Shown: one piece after another, positions 9,748 through 19,052 of the stretch
How positions within the stretch are numbered: position 1 is the stretch's first letter
How the letters are laid out: the number at the start of each line of letters is the position of its first letter
Assembly: GCA_902613995.1 (NCBI GenBank)
Contig: CACMJG010000002.1
Location: 74,922 to 138,921 of the forward strand
Origin: an uncultured Alphaproteobacteria bacterium
GTDB lineage: Bacteria > Pseudomonadota > Alphaproteobacteria > Methylaequorales > Methylaequoraceae
Length of the DNA: 64,000 bases
Reading direction: 5' to 3'
The notes under the pieces: generated by a model
Told to the model about the DNA's origin: nothing
The model's input: the letters and a program-made list of their open reading frames with translations, nothing else
Databases searched by the model: none
Made by a program: the position numbers and the translations under genes

Positions 9748-10969
9748 AGTTTCAGAATATAACAAATTTCTTACCTACAATAAAAATAAACTTTTTTTGG
9801 AAGATATTCCCCTAGAAAATTTGGGGAAAAAATTTGACACACCATTATTTTGTTATTCAGTTTCACAAATTGAACACAATTTTTACGAATTACATAAAGC
9901 TTTTAAAAAAGTTAATCCCCTAATTTGTTATGCTCTTAAGGCAAATTTCAATAGTAACATTATTAAAATTTTATCAAACCTTGGATGTGGTATAGATGTT
10001 GTTTCAAATGGTGAACTGCAAAAATCTTTAAAAAATGGGGTTGATAATCAAAAAATTGTTTTTTCCGGTGTAGGAAAAACCAATAAAGAAATTGAAATAG
10101 CCATAAAAAAAAATATCAAACAAATCAATGTTGAGAGTATTGAAGAATTAGAAGAAATTGCAATCATATGCAAAAGGTTAAATAGAAAAATAAATATATG
10201 CTTAAGAGTAAATCCTGATGTGGACGCAAAAACCCATGAAAAAATATCAACTGGTCGCTCTGAAGATAAATTTGGTATATCAGATAAAAAAGTCTTCGAG
10301 ATTTTTAAAAAGTTCAAAAGCAATAAATTTATTAAAATTAAAGGTTTGTCCATGCACATTGGTTCTCAAATTGAATTACTTGAGCCTTTTTATAAAGCTT
10401 TCAAAAAAATTAAATTGCAAATATTAAAACTTAAGAAAGAAGGTTTTGAGGTATCTTCTTTAGATCTAGGAGGCGGTGTCGGGATAAAATACAACGACAA
10501 AAATAAAATTTTAGATATTAAATCTTATGCTCAAGTAATAGATGAATTATTTTCAGATTTAGATTTAGAAATAATAATTGAGCCAGGAAGATATTTAGTG
10601 GGCTCCTCTGGAATAATCTTGTCAAGAGTAATTCGAACAAAAACAGGTAATAATAAAGATTTTGTTATCATAGATGCAGGAATGGACAACCTAATCAGAC
10701 CGGCTTTGTATGGAGCAGAACATAAAATTATTCCAGTAAAAAAAAAGAAGCAAAGAAATCTGAAAAGTTACGATATTGTGGGGCCCATATGCGAGACAAG
10801 CGACGTTTTTACTAAAAAAATGAAAATTCATAGGTTAAACTCAGAAGATTTAGTTGCAATATGCTCGACTGGAGCATATGGTTCTTGTATGGCATCTAAA
10901 TATAATTTGAGAAAGCCAGCTAAAGAAATATTTATAAAAAAAAAGAAAATTATTATTTCAAACACTTAA
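9740..10969 (+). CDS. lysA: Diaminopimelate decarboxylase
   Basis: YALKAN PLP lysine, HIGSQ, LDLGGG, EPGR, GPICETSD, GAYG. ATG 9740 preferred to GTG 9713. Confidence 0.95.
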   Translation: MIKVSEYNKFLTYNKNKLFLEDIPLENLGKKFDTPLFCYSVSQIEHNFYELHKAFKKVNPLICYALKANFNSNIIKILSNLGCGIDVVSNGELQKSLKNGVDNQKIVFSGVGKTNKEIEIAIKKNIKQINVESIEELEEIAIICKRLNRKINICLRVNPDVDAKTHEKISTGRSEDKFGISDKKVFEIFKKFKSNKFIKIKGLSMHIGSQIELLEPFYKAFKKIKLQILKLKKEGFEVSSLDLGGGVGIKYNDKNKILDIKSYAQVIDELFSDLDLEIIIEPGRYLVGSSGIILSRVIRTKTGNNKDFVIIDAGMDNLIRPALYGAEHKIIPVKKKKQRNLKSYDIVGPICETSDVFTKKMKIHRLNSEDLVAICSTGAYGSCMASKYNLRKPAKEIFIKKKKIIISNT

Positions 10970-11604
10970 TGATGAACGAAATTTTTTTCTTAGATAATAT
11001 CTCAATTTTTTCTAAAAAAAAGAAAATAGAAAATATTAATCTCAAGATCTGCCGCGGAGATTTTTTTGTAATAAAAGGGTCGAATTCAACGGGAAAATCT
11101 TTATTACTAAAATTATTTTATCTAAAGTTACTTCCTTCAAAAGGTTCTCTTTTTTTAAATGGAAAGAAAATCACAGAGGAGTCAAAAAAAAAGATTATTG
11201 AAATTAGAAAAAAAATGGGTGTGATTCTTCAAAACGATTATTTAATACCCTTTTTTACAGTTTACCAGAATATTGAACTTGCAAGTCAAATTCAAAACTT
11301 AAAAACTAGTTTTGCTCAGAGAATGAATGAGATTTCAGAGTGGTTAGACTTAGACGACATCAAAAACGAAAAAACAATGAATCTATCAAATAGTCAAAAA
11401 CAAAAGGTAGTAATTGCAAGAGCTTTGATCAACAATCCAAACATTATAATTGCGGACCAACCTGAAACTTTTTTAGATGAAATGTCTAAGAGAAAAGTTT
11501 TTTACTTATTAGAGTCTTTAAGTAAATTAGGATCGACTATTATAATTACTTCTAGTAAAGATTTGCATATAAAAAGTTCTCATAAAATTCTGGAATTGAA
11601 TTAA
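10969..11604 (+). CDS. ftsE: Cell-division ABC ATPase FtsE-like, with degenerate catalytic motifs
   Basis: ABC fold, GSNSTGKS, R..MGVILQ, IARALIN.P; lysA-ftsE-ftsX-ydcF-plsC synteny. Confidence 0.75.
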   Translation: MMNEIFFLDNISIFSKKKKIENINLKICRGDFFVIKGSNSTGKSLLLKLFYLKLLPSKGSLFLNGKKITEESKKKIIEIRKKMGVILQNDYLIPFFTVYQNIELASQIQNLKTSFAQRMNEISEWLDLDDIKNEKTMNLSNSQKQKVVIARALINNPNIIIADQPETFLDEMSKRKVFYLLESLSKLGSTIIITSSKDLHIKSSHKILELN

Positions 11605-11610
11605 AAATTT

Positions 11611-12510
11611 ATGGTAAATTTTCAAGAAATTATAAAAAAGACTCTTCTTAAACAAGAAGAAAAATTTTTTCACGGTTTGTCATTCATTATTATAAGTTTA
11701 ATAACAATACATATAGCTATTTATTTTAATTTTTATAAGTTTTCAAGTAATTGGTTAGAATTAGAATCAAAAAAAACTACATTTATAATTAGTAATTCGG
11801 TTGATGAAAAAAAAATACCACTTGATGTTACAGAAAAAATTACAAATTTCCTTTCAGGAAAGTCAGAGAAGATTGAATTTTATGTAATTGAAAGTAATCT
11901 TATTAAAGAGAGTTTAGGCTTGACAGATCTTTCTGATATGTCCGGGCTAAGCTTACCATTCATTTTTCAAATTGTTACAGATGATAAATTTGTTTTAGAT
12001 GAAGTATATTCCTCTGTGATAAATATTTCAGAAAATAGATTAATAGAAAAGTACTCTCATCAAGATCAGCTTTTTGAAATTTCATCTGTTGTTAATAGAA
12101 TTAAACTTATAATATTTATGATGTTCCTCGTAATAATAACTCTGTTTGCTTTTTTAGTAATGAATATTGTCAAAGCTGCTCTAATTAGCAATTATAAGTT
12201 TTTAGAAATGTTGCAGATAATGGGTGCCAGTAGCTTTGACTTATCAAAAAATATTTCACAAAGCATTATTAAAAAAATAGTTCCAGGTGCCATACTAAGT
12301 ACAATATTTGTTTATTTAATAAGTACTCTGTTAATGAAATTATTCGGTGTAAATTTTGATTTTTTTAATTCTTCTTTTTTTATAGAAATAAATGTTACGA
12401 CGTTCATTATACTGATACTATTTATTGTGACATTTTTAATTGTTTTATTATTTTTTTTAATGTCGTATTTGTTTTATTTTTTTGAGAAAAGGTTTTTTGA
12501 TAAATTTTAG
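11611..12510 (+). CDS. ftsX: FtsX-like permease (divergent)
   Basis: One TM, a periplasmic domain, then three TMs; EMLQIMGAS motif; follows ftsE. Confidence 0.7.
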   Translation: MVNFQEIIKKTLLKQEEKFFHGLSFIIISLITIHIAIYFNFYKFSSNWLELESKKTTFIISNSVDEKKIPLDVTEKITNFLSGKSEKIEFYVIESNLIKESLGLTDLSDMSGLSLPFIFQIVTDDKFVLDEVYSSVINISENRLIEKYSHQDQLFEISSVVNRIKLIIFMMFLVIITLFAFLVMNIVKAALISNYKFLEMLQIMGASSFDLSKNISQSIIKKIVPGAILSTIFVYLISTLLMKLFGVNFDFFNSSFFIEINVTTFIILILFIVTFLIVLLFFLMSYLFYFFEKRFFDKF

Positions 12511-13072
12511 AAAGATTTTTATTTTCTTAGTTTCAATTAATATTATTACTTTGATTTGGTGGTTGATATTAATCTTTAATACGTTCCCTAAGAAATATTA
12601 TTTTTCCGATTCAGTATCAGATAAATATAACTCAGCAATAATTGTATTAACAGGTGGAAAAGGAAGAATTCAAAAAGGAATTGATTTGTACAAAAATAAT
12701 CATGGAAGTTTTTTATTTATTTCGGGTGTATTTCGCGAGTCCGAGTTGGAAATAAAACAACAGATTGAAAGACAAGTATTAAATCATAACTGTTGTGTAA
12801 TTTATGACAAAAATGCTACGAGCACATTTGAGAACGCTTTTGAAGTAAAAAATTGGTTATTTGAAAATCCAGAAATTGAGAATCTGATCTTGGTAAGCTC
12901 TTATTATCACCTTCCGAGAGGTTATATAATATTTAATAATATTGTTGAAAAAAAAATTTTTCTTTCCCCCGCAGAAGATAATATTCAAATAGATAGTAAT
13001 CTTTTTTTTCACATTAAGCTAATTTTTCTGGAATACTTTAAAGTCATTTACACTATCATTTCCCTAATATGA
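12482..13072 (+). CDS. YdcF/DUF218-family protein
   Basis: VLTGG..RI, ATSTFENA, VSSYYHLPR, EYFK; start uncertain. Confidence 0.85.
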   Translation: MRKGFLINFRKIFIFLVSINIITLIWWLILIFNTFPKKYYFSDSVSDKYNSAIIVLTGGKGRIQKGIDLYKNNHGSFLFISGVFRESELEIKQQIERQVLNHNCCVIYDKNATSTFENAFEVKNWLFENPEIENLILVSSYYHLPRGYIIFNNIVEKKIFLSPAEDNIQIDSNLFFHIKLIFLEYFKVIYTIISLI

Positions 13073-13758
13073 GATTTTTAAGAAGCTTTACCTTTTATAT
13101 TTTTTTTTATACAGGAACGATTTTTTTTTTCTTAATTTTCTCACCTGTCCGCTTTTTTACTAGAAACTTTGTTGTAATACTCTCAACCTTTTGGACAAAA
13201 TCGGTAATAAAACTCTCAAAATCAATTCTCGGAATCAAATATGAAGTAGAAGGTTACGAAAATATTCCTAAATCTGGTTCTTTTGTTGTAGCAAGTAACC
13301 ATCAATCAGCATGGGAAACTTTCTTTCTTGGTTCACTTTTTCCAGGTTCAATTTTTATACTCAAATATGAATTAAAAAAAATTCCAATATTTTCTCAGTA
13401 TTTCAAAAAGCTTGGATTTATATTTGTGAAAAGAGATAAAGCATTTGATTCACTAAAGATTCTTCTAAAATCTGTCAAAAAATTAATCTCAAAAAATAAT
13501 TGTATTTTTGTCATTTTTCCAGAGGGAACAAGAATAAAGCCTGGAGAGAGAATAAAACTTAATTCAGGTGTTTTTGCTATCCATAAATTTGCAAATTTAC
13601 CAATTCTTCCAATCAAACTTAACTCTGGTAAGTATTGGACTAATAAAAAATTTATCAAAAGGAAAGGTAAAATTATTGTAAAGATCTTCCCACTTATAAA
13701 TAAAGAAGATAATAAAAAAAAAGTAATGACAAAACTTGAATATTATTATTATCACTAA
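13069..13758 (+). CDS. plsC: 1-acyl-sn-glycerol-3-phosphate acyltransferase
   Basis: NHQSAWE, IFPEGTR. Confidence 0.88.
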   Translation: MRFLRSFTFYIFFYTGTIFFFLIFSPVRFFTRNFVVILSTFWTKSVIKLSKSILGIKYEVEGYENIPKSGSFVVASNHQSAWETFFLGSLFPGSIFILKYELKKIPIFSQYFKKLGFIFVKRDKAFDSLKILLKSVKKLISKNNCIFVIFPEGTRIKPGERIKLNSGVFAIHKFANLPILPIKLNSGKYWTNKKFIKRKGKIIVKIFPLINKEDNKKKVMTKLEYYYYH

Positions 13759-13764
13759 ATAATT

Positions 13765-14631
13765 TCATATTCTTTTTTTTATAATACTATTTCTTATTTC
13801 TTTAGTTCTTTTAAGCAACCTAAATATTTGGGAATATTTTTCATCTTCTATTAGGTTTTTTATTTTTTCTATATCTTTTAAAAAAAGTGAAAGCGTATCC
13901 TTTAAAAATTCTTTATTCCTCAGAAAAATATCAGTCCACATTTTCGGATCTGAGGAACCGATTCTTGTGAAATCTTTAAACCCTCCCGCAGCAAAATTTA
14001 TTAATTCATTCTTTTTCTTTATGTTAAGGTTAAAAGCTGTTCCCACAATTGTAAATGCTATTAAATGAGGTAAATGAGAGGTAATGGACATAATTTTATC
14101 ATGTTCATTTACTTTCATTGTTGCAACTTTCATTCCTATTCTTTTCCAAATTTCGCCAATAATTCGTATTGATTTTTTATTGTCACTTATTGGGGTTAAA
14201 ATACACCACTTGTCTTGAAAAAGACTGTTCAAAGCATTTTTGGCGCCTGAATGCTCTGTTCCAGCTATCGGATGACCAGGAACTAAAGAAAATTTTTTAT
14301 CATTAAGTTTAAGAGTTTTTTTTTCAAAAATATTTTTCACAGATCCGACATCTGATATAATTTGATCACTTTCTGTAAAGTGTGATAATTCATAAATAAT
14401 TTTGTCTATTAAACTAACTGGAGTGCAAATAAAAATAACAGAACTCTTTTTAATTCTTTTGTCTATTTTCTCTCTTTTTTCATCAATAGCTTTGATTGAG
14501 TAAGCATCACGAAGATTTTGTTTAGATGTGTCAATCCCAATAATTTTTTTACATATTTTTTTTCTTTTTAATGAGAGTCCAAGTGAAGCTCCAATTAGTC
14601 CAGGGCCTATAATTGTGATTTCTTTATACAT
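13765..14631 (-). CDS. tyrC: Prephenate/arogenate (cyclohexadienyl) dehydrogenase
   Basis: GPGLIGAS, DVGSVK, HPIAGTE, SHLPH, GGFKDFTRI. Confidence 0.9.
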   Translation of the reverse strand: MYKEITIIGPGLIGASLGLSLKRKKICKKIIGIDTSKQNLRDAYSIKAIDEKREKIDKRIKKSSVIFICTPVSLIDKIIYELSHFTESDQIISDVGSVKNIFEKKTLKLNDKKFSLVPGHPIAGTEHSGAKNALNSLFQDKWCILTPISDNKKSIRIIGEIWKRIGMKVATMKVNEHDKIMSITSHLPHLIAFTIVGTAFNLNIKKKNELINFAAGGFKDFTRIGSSDPKMWTDIFLRNKEFLKDTLSLFLKDIEKIKNLIEDEKYSQIFRLLKRTKEIRNSIIKKRI

Positions 14632-15736
14632 TTTTTGTGTTGATTGAATTTCTTAGCTCTTTTAAGAATTTTTTTAGATCACTTGTGGAGCCTATTGAAA
14701 CTCTAAAAAAGTGTTTCATTCCATAATTACTTAAATCTCTTACCAGGATTTTTTTTTTTTTTAAAAAACTTAAAATTTTTGCTTTCGAGTATTTTTTTTC
14801 ATTAACTTTTATAAGAACAAAATTTGTAAAACTTTCATATGACTCAAGGCCAATCTTTTTTATTTCAGTCGGAAGAATCTTTCTCCATTTATCATTATGA
14901 ATTATTGACTTTCTCAAAAACTCTTTCTCCTTCAATATAAGCGTTCCTATGTTCTGAGACAGTGTATTGACATTAAATGGTCCTCTTACTTTTTCTAAAA
15001 GTTCAATTATTTTTTCATTTGAATATGCCCAACCCAACCTAAGCCCAGCCAAAGCAAAAATTTTTGAGAAGGTTCGCGTTACAACAATATTTGGAAATTT
15101 ATTAATCAACTCAATCCCATCAGTATATCTTCCATCTGTAATAAACTCAGAGTATGCACCATCTAAAACCACAACTATATTTTTAGGTACATTTTTTAAA
15201 AAGTTTAACAGCTCTTCTTTAAAAATTATTGTTCCTGTCGGATTATTTGGGTTTGCTATAAAAATTATTCTTGTTAGCTTAGTTATACTTTTCAAAATAT
15301 TATCACATGAAATCTTCAGTTTATCTGATTTTGCTATAACAACTTTGCACCCAGAGGCTCTTGCAATTATTGGATAGTAGGTAAAACCAAATTCACTACA
15401 AATTACCTCGCCGCCCTCTTTTGAGAAAGTTTGCGCTATTACAGACAAGACGTCGTCTGATCCGTTTCCACAAATTATATTTTTAAATTTTAAATTGAAG
15501 GTTTTTACTAATTGATTCTTTAATTGATTACAATCACCATCAGGATAAAGGTTTGAAGAAAGAACTAAACTATTCACTTTATTTATTACTTTTCTTGGAA
15601 TTTTAAAAGGCGACTCATTTGAAGAAAGTTTGGATATTTTTTCTTTACTGTTTGTACTTAATGATTCACCGGGAATGTACTTTTCTATTTCATTTATAGA
15701 AGGTTTTACTATGTCTTTAATATTGAAACTAACCAT
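14624..15736 (-). CDS. hisC: Histidinol-phosphate aminotransferase
   Basis: KLSSNES, GNGSDD, NPNNPTG, RTFSKIFALAGLRLG. Confidence 0.93.
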   Translation of the reverse strand: MVSFNIKDIVKPSINEIEKYIPGESLSTNSKEKISKLSSNESPFKIPRKVINKVNSLVLSSNLYPDGDCNQLKNQLVKTFNLKFKNIICGNGSDDVLSVIAQTFSKEGGEVICSEFGFTYYPIIARASGCKVVIAKSDKLKISCDNILKSITKLTRIIFIANPNNPTGTIIFKEELLNFLKNVPKNIVVVLDGAYSEFITDGRYTDGIELINKFPNIVVTRTFSKIFALAGLRLGWAYSNEKIIELLEKVRGPFNVNTLSQNIGTLILKEKEFLRKSIIHNDKWRKILPTEIKKIGLESYESFTNFVLIKVNEKKYSKAKILSFLKKKKILVRDLSNYGMKHFFRVSIGSTSDLKKFLKELRNSINTKNV

Positions 15737-15764
15737 AAACTTTTATTTTCAAAATAAAATTATT

Positions 15765-15806
15765 TTGACTACTTAATCAACATAGTTATGATGCGTTTTA
15801 AGTCAA
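15765..15806. promoter_or_regulatory. Overlapping divergent sigma70-like promoters for metX (+) and hisC (-)
   Basis: Plus TTGACT(15765)-N16-TATGAT; minus TTGACT(15806)-N16-TATGTT. Confidence 0.5.
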
Positions 15807-15826
15807 ATAAATTAATATAAAAGTAA

Positions 15827-16948
15827 ATGAAATCTTTAATTCCAATTGATAAATTCCAAATTAAAAATCCAATTAAACTTGATTCTGGAGAATATGTAGA
15901 TTCATGTGAAGTTGCTTTTAAAACTTATGGAACTTTGAACAAAAAAAAAACTAACGCAATTTTGGTATGCCATGCTTTATCTGGTGATCAGTTCTGTTCA
16001 GACATTAACCCACTTACAAAAAAACAAGGCTGGTGGAATATTTTAATTGGTCCAGGTAAAGTTATTGATACGAACATTTTTTTTGTAATATGCAGTAATG
16101 TTTTAGGTGGGTGTATGGGAAGTACTGGTCCTTCATCAGTTAACCCTCAAACTAAAACAAATTACGGATTAAAATTTCCTGTCATTACGATTTCAGATAT
16201 GGTCAAAGTACAAGAAAAACTAGTCTCAGCTCTCGGCATAAAAAAGTTATTTGCCGTAATCGGGGGCTCTATGGGTGGTATGCAAACTTTAGAGTGGGCA
16301 ACTAAATTCAGCAACAAAGTTAATGTTGCAATTCCTATCGCGACTTCCTATCGACACTCTGCTCAAAACATTGCATTTCACGAAATTGGAAGGCAAGCAA
16401 TCATGGCTGATCCAGTCTGGAACAAAGGAAACTATTATAAGACAAGAAAGGGGCCTAAAGGCGGGCTGTCAGTTGCAAGAATGATAGCTCATATAACTTA
16501 TTTATCAGAGCGTGCGCTTCAGAGAAAATTTGGTAGAAATCTTCAAAATAGTGATTTCTTTTCTTTTAATTTTGATACAGATTTTCAAATTGAAAGTTAC
16601 TTAAAACATCAGGGAAGTTCATTTGTAGAAAGGTTTGACGCTAACAGTTATCTTTATATAACAAAAGCAATGGACTATTTTGATCTGTCAGTAAAAAAAG
16701 GCGGACTTTCAAATGTTTTTAAAAATTCAAATGTAAACTTTTGTTTTTTTTCATTTACATCTGATTGGTTGTTTCCAACTTCAGAAACAAAAACAATAAT
16801 TAAATCTCTTAATAGTTCTAATGCAATGGTGAGTTTTGTTGAAATAAAAACAGACAAGGGTCACGATGCATTTCTTTTAGATGAACCAGAGTTCCACGCA
16901 ACACTCAAAGGTTTTATACAGGGACAGATTGGAAAGCACGAAATATGA
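15827..16948 (+). CDS. metX: Homoserine O-acetyltransferase
   Basis: CHALSGD, NVLGGCMGSTGP, GGSMGGMQ, GHDAFL. Confidence 0.94.
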   Translation: MKSLIPIDKFQIKNPIKLDSGEYVDSCEVAFKTYGTLNKKKTNAILVCHALSGDQFCSDINPLTKKQGWWNILIGPGKVIDTNIFFVICSNVLGGCMGSTGPSSVNPQTKTNYGLKFPVITISDMVKVQEKLVSALGIKKLFAVIGGSMGGMQTLEWATKFSNKVNVAIPIATSYRHSAQNIAFHEIGRQAIMADPVWNKGNYYKTRKGPKGGLSVARMIAHITYLSERALQRKFGRNLQNSDFFSFNFDTDFQIESYLKHQGSSFVERFDANSYLYITKAMDYFDLSVKKGGLSNVFKNSNVNFCFFSFTSDWLFPTSETKTIIKSLNSSNAMVSFVEIKTDKGHDAFLLDEPEFHATLKGFIQGQIGKHEI

Positions 16949-17556
16949 GAAAAAATTTAAGAAAAGATCTATTCGTAATTTCTAAGTTAATAAATGATAA
17001 AGAAACAATATTAGACGTGGGTTGTGGAAGCGGAAATCTTTTGGATTTTCTTTTAAAAACAAAAAAAGCTTTCTGCAGAGGAATTGAGATCAGTCAAACC
17101 GGGGTGAATGATTGTGTTAAGAAAGGACTTTCAGTAATTCAAGGAGATGCTAACTATGATTTAGATGACTATCCTAATAACGCATTTAGTACTGTAATTT
17201 TAAGTCAAACAATACAAGCTATGATTTTTCCTGATACAGTTATAAAAAATTTAATAAGGATAGGCAGGCGAGCAATAATCTCATTCCCAAATTTTGGCTA
17301 CTGGAAAGTCCGAAAGGATTTACTGTTTAAAGGAAAAATGCCAAAAAATGATATCCTACCATATGAATGGTTTGACACGCCAAATATACACTTATGCTCA
17401 TGTAAGGATTTCAAACTATTTTGTAAGAACAATAATATTATAATAGAAAAATTTATGTGTCTTAGCGAAAAAGGAATTGAAATGAAGACAAATTATTTTT
17501 CAAATTTATTAGCGTATCAAGTAATTTTTTGTGTATCAAAAAAGAAGAAAAATTGA
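16945..17556 (+). CDS. metW: Methionine biosynthesis protein MetW
   Basis: LDVGCG.G, GLSVIQGD, WFDTPNIH; ATGA overlap with metX. Confidence 0.93.
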   Translation: MRKNLRKDLFVISKLINDKETILDVGCGSGNLLDFLLKTKKAFCRGIEISQTGVNDCVKKGLSVIQGDANYDLDDYPNNAFSTVILSQTIQAMIFPDTVIKNLIRIGRRAIISFPNFGYWKVRKDLLFKGKMPKNDILPYEWFDTPNIHLCSCKDFKLFCKNNNIIIEKFMCLSEKGIEMKTNYFSNLLAYQVIFCVSKKKKN

Positions 17557-17568
17557 TAGAAATAAGAT

Positions 17569-18333
17569 GTGATAGAAATAATTCAAATTCCATTATTGTC
17601 AGATAACTACTCATACATAATTAGAGATAAAAACACTAATATTACAGGCTGTATAGACCCTTCGGTTTCAAAGGAAATAGCTAATGTATTACAAAATAGA
17701 GGAATTGATCTTAACTTCATTTTAAATACTCATCATCATCAAGATCATGTTGGAGGGAATCAAGAACTAAAAGAAATGTATAACTGTAAAATTATTGGTT
17801 GCTACGATGATCAAAATAGAATTCCAGGAATAGACATCAAACTTAAAGATAATGAAGAGTTTAATATTGGTGAAAGCTTATTTAAAGTAATTGATACACC
17901 GGGTCATACCATTGGGCATATTTGCTTTTATTTTAAGGATCACAATTTTTTATTTTGTGGAGATACAATTTTTTCTCTAGGTTGTGGAAGACTGTTTGAG
18001 GGTTCATACGAACAAATGACAGAATCAATTTTGAAAATCCGCTCCCTACCTGATTGTACAAAAATATTTTGTGGACATGAGTATACAGAATCTAATGCAA
18101 AATTTGCAGAGTTTCTTGACCCTGGTGATGATTTATTAAAAAAGAAAATATTAAATATTAAGAAAGATAGGTTGGAATCAAAACCAACAATTCCGGCGAT
18201 ACTGGAAGAAGAAAAAAAGCTAAATCCATTTATGAAATTTGACAACCAGGAGTATTTAGATTCTATAAAAATTGAAAATATTTCAAATTCAGAAAATTTC
18301 AAAAGGATAAGGATAATGAAAGATAATTTTTAA
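17569..18333 (+). CDS. gloB: Hydroxyacylglutathione hydrolase (glyoxalase II)
   Basis: DNYSY, THHHQDHVGG, TPGHT.GH, GDTIFSLGCGR, GHEYT. Confidence 0.95.
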   Translation: MIEIIQIPLLSDNYSYIIRDKNTNITGCIDPSVSKEIANVLQNRGIDLNFILNTHHHQDHVGGNQELKEMYNCKIIGCYDDQNRIPGIDIKLKDNEEFNIGESLFKVIDTPGHTIGHICFYFKDHNFLFCGDTIFSLGCGRLFEGSYEQMTESILKIRSLPDCTKIFCGHEYTESNAKFAEFLDPGDDLLKKKILNIKKDRLESKPTIPAILEEEKKLNPFMKFDNQEYLDSIKIENISNSENFKRIRIMKDNF

Positions 18334-19052
18334 TCCATCCATAAGCCACCATTTATAGAAAAGGTAGAGCCATTTACATAGCTGGCTTTATCTGAAACAA
18401 GATAATCTACCATTTCTGCGACTTCATCAGCCTCACCCAATCTCTTATTTGGTATTGTTTCGATAATAGATTTTAAGATGTCTTCTCTAATGGCCGCGAC
18501 CATTTCTGTATTGATATAACCAGGACAAATTACATTAGAAGTAATCCCCTTACTGGCACTTTCAAGTGCTAAAGATTTTGAGAAACCGATAAGGGCTGAT
18601 TTTGTCGCTGCATAATTGGTTTGACCAAACTGCCCCTTTTGTCCATTTACAGAAGATATGTGAATTATTCTTCCAAAGCTATTTTCTCTCATTTTATTAA
18701 TTACTAATGATGTCATATTAAAGATTGAGTTTAAGTTAACATCAATAACTTTTTGCCAGTTATCTTTACTCATTTTATGAAGGGGTGCGTCCCTTGTAAT
18801 TCCTGCATTATTTATAAGAATATCAACATTTTTATTATCCTCATAGATTTTATTGACTGATTTTTGGCATTCGTCATAATTGCTAACATCCCACTTAATT
18901 ACTTCGATGTTATTTTCTTTTGAAAAAGATTCCGCAGCATCGTCATTACTTGTATAATTAGCAATGACTTTAAAGTTTGATGACTTTAATTTTTTGGAAA
19001 TTGCGGCACCTATACCTCTGGTTCCTCCTGTAACAATTGCTATTTTTGTCAT
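18330..19052 (-). CDS. phaB: Acetoacetyl-CoA reductase
   Basis: TGGTRGIG, NNAGITRD, SSVNGQKGQFGQTNY; coupled to the thiolase gene. Confidence 0.93.
   Translation of the reverse strand: MTKIAIVTGGTRGIGAAISKKLKSSNFKVIANYTSNDDAAESFSKENNIEVIKWDVSNYDECQKSVNKIYEDNKNVDILINNAGITRDAPLHKMSKDNWQKVIDVNLNSIFNMTSLVINKMRENSFGRIIHISSVNGQKGQFGQTNYAATKSALIGFSKSLALESASKGITSNVICPGYINTEMVAAIREDILKSIIETIPNKRLGEADEVAEMVDYLVSDKASYVNGSTFSINGGLWMD

Noticed and set aside
15737..15826. SAM-II or SAM-V riboswitch upstream of metX
   Set aside because: I could not find the pseudoknot pairing. The predicted leader is under 30 nt, and the inverted TTGACT pair is better explained as two -35 boxes. An Infernal search would settle it.
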